From positions 29,690,515 to 29,754,514 of the forward strand of contig NC_068990.1 in assembly GCF_001194135.2 (NCBI RefSeq): DNA of 64,000 nucleotides. Direction: 5' to 3'. The translations under genes were made by a program, and so were the position numbers. The notes beneath the pieces were generated by a model. That model was not told the origin of the DNA, ran no database searches, and saw only the letters and a list, made by a program, of their open reading frames with translations. This DNA is from Octopus bimaculoides. Taxonomy: Eukaryota. Shown here one piece after another: positions 57,803 through 64,000 of the stretch; the first letter of the stretch is position 1; each line of letters opens with the position of its first letter.

Positions 57803-60800
57803 TGCTTGAATGGAGATGTGTCGATATCTGCTGCCTCCAAGAAGTAAGGTGGAGAGGAGGTTCGGCTAGGTTCCTCACAGGCAAAGAACACAGGTACAAG
57901 ATTTTCTGGGCAGGGAACACAGACGGGGTCGGGGGCGTGGGTATACTTCTTGTGGAGAAATGGATGGATAAGGTAATTGAGGTAGTCAGAGTATGCAATA
58001 GAATACTTAAGATTAGATTAGTGCTGCATCATGGGTTGGCAACCATTATCTCAGCCTATGCCCCTCAGCTGGGGCTACTCGATGGACAGAAAGACCGATT
58101 TTATGACACCCTCTGGCAGACTACCTCACTGACAAATGACAGGGACCTTCTCTTTGTGGCTGGTGACTTCAATGGACATGTTGGACAACATTCAGGGGGC
58201 TTCCATGGCGTACATGGAGGCTATGGTTTTGGTTCTTGCAATGAGTAGGGAACCAGGCTGCTGGAGTTCTGTGATGCAAATGACCTTATGGTTTGCAATA
58301 CTAACTTCAGGAAACCTGCCAGTTACCTAGTCACCTACCATTCTGGCAGACACACTAGCCAAATTGACTACATCCTCGCCAGGAAAAGGGAAAGATGGCT
58401 GCTTATAAATGCCAAAACCTTCCCAGGCGAAGAATGTACCCCACAACATAGACTAGTAGTTAGTGACTTCAGGATCAGGGCTAAATGGATCTCCAGAAGA
58501 CAACCAGCATGGAGGAGAAGGGTCTGGAAGCTTAAAGATCCTGCGAATGGACAGAGATTTAGAGACTTATTNNNNNNNNNNNNNNNNNNNNNNNNNNNNN
58601 NNNNNNNNNNNNNNNNNNNNNNNNNNNNNNNNNNNNNNNNNNNNNNNNNNNNNNNNNNNNNNNNNNNNNNNNNNNNNNNNNNNNNNNNNNNNNNNNNNNN
58701 NNNNNNNNNNNNNNNNNNNNNNNNNNNNNNNNNNNNNNNNNNNNNNNNNNNNNNNNNNNNNNNNNNNNNNNNNNNNNNNNNNNNNNNNNNNNNNNNNNNN
58801 NNNNNNNNNNNNNNNNNNNNNNNNNNNNNNNNNNNNNNNNNNNNNNNNNNNNNNNNNNNNNNNNNNNNNNNNNNNNNNNNNNNNNNNNNNNNNNNNNNNN
58901 NNNNNNNNNNNNNNNNNNNNNNNNNNNNNNNNNNNNNNNNNNNNNNNNNNNNNNNNNNNNNNNNNNNNNNNNNNNNNNNNNNNNNNNNNNNNNNNNNNNN
59001 NNNNNNNNNNNNNNNNNNNNNNNNNNNNNNNNNNNNNNNNNNNNNNNNNNNNNNNNNNNNNNNNNNNNNNNNNNNNNNNNNNNNNNNNNNNNNNNNNNNN
59101 NNNNNNNNNNNNNNNNNNNNNNNNNNNNNNNNNNNNNNNNNNNTTGAAGTATTTTGTGTTGCAAAACAGTGTGTGAGAGAGAATCGTGTTGTCGTGGGAG
59201 AGAAATGTGTTCGCATGGATGATGGTATGCTTGTACTAAACGAGGCTGCAAAGAGAGAGATTTGGAGACGCCACTATGAAAGGTTGCTCAATAAAGAAAA
59301 TGAATGGGAGAAAGAGAGTCTGCCGAATGTCGACCCAACAGAGGGACCAGCTATCCGAATTGACAGTACCATGGTAGATAAAGCAATTAAGAGTATGAAG
59401 ACAGGGAAAGCCTCCGGCCCATCAGGAATCACTGCAGAGATGCTCAAAATATCTGGCAGTGTCGGCTATAACCTAGTCACCTGTATAGTTAAACAGGTGA
59501 TACACGAAGGAGTCATACCCAATGATTGGTGTAGTAGCACCATAGTCAACTGCTACAAAGGTAAAGGTGACGTTTTAGACACAAATAATTAGAGAGGTAT
59601 CAAGTTGTTAGATCAGGTTATGAAAGTTACGGAGAGGGTCATAGCCCAACTAATTAGGGAGCGAATCAATTTAGATGAGATGCAGTTTGGGTTCTTGCCA
59701 GGGAAAGCACCACTGATGTTATGTTTCTGGTAAGATAGCTGCAGGAGAAATACCTAGCCAAAGATAAACCTCTGTACCTGGCTTTTGTTGACATGGAGAA
59801 AGCCTTTGACAGGGTCCCCTGATCCCTTATCTGGTGGTCAATGAGGAAACTAGGAATAGAAGAATGGTTAGTGAGAGCTGTGCGAGCCATGTACAGAGAT
59901 GCTGTCAGTAAGGTGAGGGTTGGCAACGAGTAGTGAAGAATTCCGGGTAGAGGTAGGGGTCTACCAAGGTTCAGTCCTCAGCCCCCTCCTATTTGTCATA
60001 GTCCTCCGGGCGATAACAGAGGAATTCAAGACAAGATGCCCCTGGCAGCTCCTCTATGTTGATGACCTTGCACTAATTGCTGAGTCACTATCAAAACTAG
60101 AGGAGAAGTTTCAGGTGTGGAAGCAAGGACTAGAATCGAAGGGCCTTAGAGTCAACCTAGCTAAAACCAAAGTCCTAATAAGTAGGAAGGTAGACAAAAC
60201 ACAAACCCCTTCAGGTAGACGGCCCTGCTCGATCTGTAGAAAAGGCATAGGTAGAAACTCTATAAGATGTATCCAGTGTAAGCTATGGACACATAAGAGG
60301 TGCAGCAATATCAAAGGAAGGTTAACTAGAAAGTTAGTTTTGGTATGTGGCAGATGTTCAGGAGCAATAAACACTGAAANNNNNNNNNNAGCCTGGGCAA
60401 AGTTCAGAGAGCTCTTACTTCTGCTGGTGACAAAGGGCCTCTCGCTCAGAGTAAAAGGCAGACTGTATGACGCATGTGTACGAACAGCCATGCTACATGG
60501 CAGTGAAACATGGGCTGTGACTGCTGAGGACATGCGTAAGCTCACAAGGAATGAAGCTAGTATGCTCCGATGGATGTGTAATGTCAGTGTGCATACTCGA
60601 CAGAGTGTAAGTACCTTGAGAGAAAAGTTGAATCTAAGAAGCATCAGTTGTGGTGTGCAAGAGAGACGATTGCGCTGGTATGGTCATGTTGCAAGAATGG
60701 ATGAGGATAGTTATGTGAAAAAGTGCCACCACACCCTAGCAGTCGAGGGAACCTGTGTAAGAGGTAGACCCAGGAAGACCTGAGATGAGGTGGTGAAGCA

Positions 60801-61165
60801 CAACCTTTGAACATTAGACCTCACTGAGGCAATGACTTGTGACTGAGACCTTTGGAAATATGCTGTGCGTGAGAAGACCCGGCAAGCCAAGTGAGACCTA
60901 AATCCAAGGCCTCTGCCAGGGGTGTAGTCAGCCCACTTATGCGTACCTTTCCTTCATTGGACACTAAACTCCGCTTGCGATGACCTGTTGGGGCAATTGA
61001 AAGTGAAAACCTGTACCAGTGGAGTACCAAGAGCACCATCTGAGCGTGATCATTGCCAGAGCGGCTGTCTGGCTTCTGTGCCAGTGGCACGTAAATAGCA
61101 CCATTTGAGCATGATCGTTACCAGCGTCGCCTTCCTGGCACTTGTGCTTGTGGCACATGAAAAGT
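57803..61165 (+). pseudogene. Near-full-length RTE-clade LINE (APE endonuclease, RT, PHD-like Cys finger), inactivated
   Basis: DICCLQEVRWRG, AGDFNGHVG, SQIDYIL, QHRLVVSD, FVDMEKAFD, YQGSVLSP, LLYVDDL, CSIC...CIQC...HKRC...CGRC, WYGHV; in-frame stops at about 58246, 59590 and 60781; gaps 58572-59143 and 60380-60389; 5' end and (GAT)n tail missing. Confidence 0.96.
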
Positions 61166-61173
61166 AACAAAAG

Positions 61174-61263
61174 AAGTAACAAAAGAAATAATAACCTAAA
61201 GTAGAATAAGAGATATTTCTTTATCTCTTATTCTACATTATGTTTTTATTTCTTTTGTTACTT
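61174..61263. repeat. 42-bp-arm AT-rich hairpin with 6-nt loop
   Basis: 61174-61215 pairs with 61222-61263; 3 mismatches, inner 15 bp perfect. Confidence 0.9.
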
Positions 61264-61824
61264 TATTCCAATTTTATTAAATCTTATTTATATATGTATC
61301 TAACTTCATTATCCTTATTTTTACTTTTATTACTCTCAGTTTGACTTCTATTACTTTTATATTTTATTTTTTACCTTTTATCCTTTCTTTCTATCTTATA
61401 CATGTTAGTTAAATATAAATTCAATTCAATCAATTTAACATTCACTCTATGCTGAATTGTGGTACAGTATGGGCAGATTTTTGAAATCCAATGAATCTTT
61501 ATACAGATATACCTTTTTAAAGGGATATAATAAACCTATTATAATGGGTAATACTAAGCGTACTTTTTCTTTTGTGATGTAATCTTTGGACTAGCAATGT
61601 TTGCGGCTGAAGATAGCTTTAAACCATCTTTTATATCAACAATAAACCTATAGTGATGTAATGACAGATTGTTTATAAAGCTTGAAACACATGTACCGTG
61701 ATATCCTTTGTGTTCTGTTTTCAATTTATGTTTGATATATTCTCTCACCTCTGCCACTATCTAGCATATACAGGTGCTTACACTTATCAAGTATTACCTC
61801 TAAACTTACCTCCTCTAAAGTACC

Positions 61825-61868
<44 letters not shown>

Positions 61869-62834
61869 TATACACCCCCACACATACATACATACACACA
61901 CAAACACACACACACACATGCTCACACACACATGCTCACACCACCACACATATTTATATGTGTATATGTATGCATGAATGAATATATGTGGTTGTGTAAG
62001 CCATTTGAGGCGTGAAGAAATACACGTATAGTTGTTTTTTTTTTACTTGTTAAAATATTCTAGTAGAATAACTCAGTGTAAAAAGAATAACACAATACCA
62101 TTCCAATGGTAACAAATCAGTGGAGCATGATTTCAATGACTTGTATAAATGATAATTTTCTTTGGGAAGAATGTATTTACAATGGGAATTCATAATCAAA
62201 AAATTCTAACCCAAACAGGTATCCACCCATACAGGTATCCACCCATACAATGATGGTTTTCACCGGTAGCGAACTGGCCATGTTTCCAGCTTGCCCGATG
62301 GCACGTGGGTCCTTGCGCCATTAGAATCCATATATATCGGGGGGGGGGGCATGTTAGTATCTAAGGGGCCCATCCCCTCAAGTTTGAGAATTTTTTATTC
62401 ACTCCTGGAAGAATGCATTAATTATTTCAGCTTGGCTGTGTTTGTAGACAGTTGAAAAGAATACTTTTAACAAAAAAAAAAAAAAAATCTTTGTAGTTGC
62501 GGGTAGGCCCCCTTATTTTCCTGGGACCAATATTTTTAGACCCAGTCTGACACTGGTCCTCACTAAGTTTTACATCCTCCAGAACAAAATGATTTGAGAT
62601 GATGGAAGCCATAAGTTTGCAGAAAAATATTTGTGTCTCATGTATTTGCTTTTAATCATTCTAACTCATTAGTATACAGTAGACCTGTGTAGTTAATATC
62701 TATGCTTTGCATATATTAATTAGAAATTTAATTAAGCTATTTTTTGTATCGCAATTCTGAAATGACAGTCATCTTGGATGGCTTATAGTATCTAATTGGT
62801 ACTCTATTCTCCACTGTTTTACTTTAGTTCTAGA

Positions 62835-63700
62835 AATGAGGAGGGAACAAGGCTGCAGGAGTTCTTTGATGCTAATGACTTTTAGATCTGCAACACTAGC
62901 ACCAGGAAAATTAGCTGCCACTCGACTTCCACAAATTTCATGGTTACACCAAGACTGACAACACTTTTACAAGAAAACAAGATAGGCAGATTCTTGTAAA
63001 TGCAAAATCTTTTCCTGGTGAAGAATGTACAACACAACATCATTTTGTAGTTAGTGACTTCAGATTTAGAGATAGAAGGACTCAGAAGCACAAACCAATT
63101 TAGAAAAGGAAGATAAAGAAGCCTAAGGATTCTTTAAACTGTCAGAGATTTAGGAAGATATTGATTAAAGCATTTGATGAAAAGGAGAAGGTGATGGAGA
63201 TGTATAACAGAAGACAGTTGGAAGTGGGACAAACTCTGAGTGTATAGAACAAATGTGAGGCTGGTGCAAAATTGCAACTGGACCAAGGATGATGTGGAGG
63301 TGGAACAGGGAAGTAGACAGCAATAAAAGAGGTAGGCTTGGAAGGTTTGGAAGAATTGGAGAAGCAGATAGCTATATCGGGTAACTGGTAAAGATGTTAG
63401 AAGACAGATCTATTTAGTGAGGGCAGAAGGAGAATGGTTGAAGTTTGACAACGTTTATGGCATGTGGACAAAAAGCATGAAAAACTCTGGAATGCAAACC
63501 AGTGTATCAGAGAAAATGAAGATGTTGTGGAAGAGAAGTGAGTACAGAATGGTAATGGTACTTTTGTACTTAGTGATGCTGAAAAGAAAGAGGCAAGGAA
63601 GTGCCTCACAATCCAGAACACCTCATACCTTTGCTCTTCACGCTGTAAAACATTGGCAAACCTCAGGTACAGCATATTACTGAGATGAATGAAGTATTGC
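62835..63700 (+). pseudogene. Highly decayed RTE LINE fragment (end of endonuclease and tether region)
   Basis: EEGTRLQEFFDAND, GEECTTQHHFVVSDF and CVRENEDVV...EYRMVMV resemble 58240-59240. Confidence 0.75.
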
Positions 63701-64000
63701 ACTAGAGAAAACCCAACCATCTCCGCAAAAATGAGGTCTCGTCCAGCATTACAACTCATCTAACACTCACTGCTCCATCAATGGTCAGTGGCACTACTCA
63801 TTCAGGTGATTCCTCTTATTCCCATTCTATCACTACTACTCCCCTTTGTCATCTCCTTCCTTCTGCCCCCCCCCCTAAAACCAGTATCCATTGTGTCCAA
63901 CTCAATCCTCATCTTTAATTGTCTCTCACACTAATCTCAATCTCGCACATTTACCCATCTTTCTTCTTCCTCTCTCTCTCTCTGTCTTTCCTATGTATTC

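Noticed and set aside
61400-61757. Minus-strand ORF (AEVREYIKHKLK...) and a downstream CPYC motif, possibly an L1/Tx1-like C-terminus
   Set aside because: Only a weak Cys motif with several stops; cannot be assigned without a search.

Overview
AT-rich, repeat-dense animal genomic DNA from a draft scaffold with 10 N-gaps. The SINE/RTE repeat complement looks cephalopod (octopus-like); this is an inference. Two convergent spliced genes were reconstructed by hand with phase-consistent splice sites. The 3' part of DCAF6 (+) has 7 exons in the window and stops at 10140. PAN2, the poly(A) deadenylase subunit (-), runs from ATG 47400 to stop 14354, with 24 exons found and at least one more missing, probably in an N-gap. 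Introns and intergenic DNA hold RTE LINE fragments (over 20 copies of a shared 3' tail), tRNA-derived SINEs, mariner remnants, hAT- and piggyBac-type MITEs, CRE-like and R4/Dong-like remnants, and Penelope-like (PLE) sequences. The top lead is a small non-autonomous element at 18679-19056, with a miniature sister at 21673-21756. It combines inverted PLE-type terminal repeats carrying minimal hammerhead ribozyme motifs, an internal tRNA-like Pol III head, shared termini, and 13-14 bp target duplications starting TATT, i.e. a candidate PLE-mobilised SINE/retrozyme. No rRNA, genuine tRNA gene or CRISPR array was seen. All family assignments come from motif recognition without database searches.
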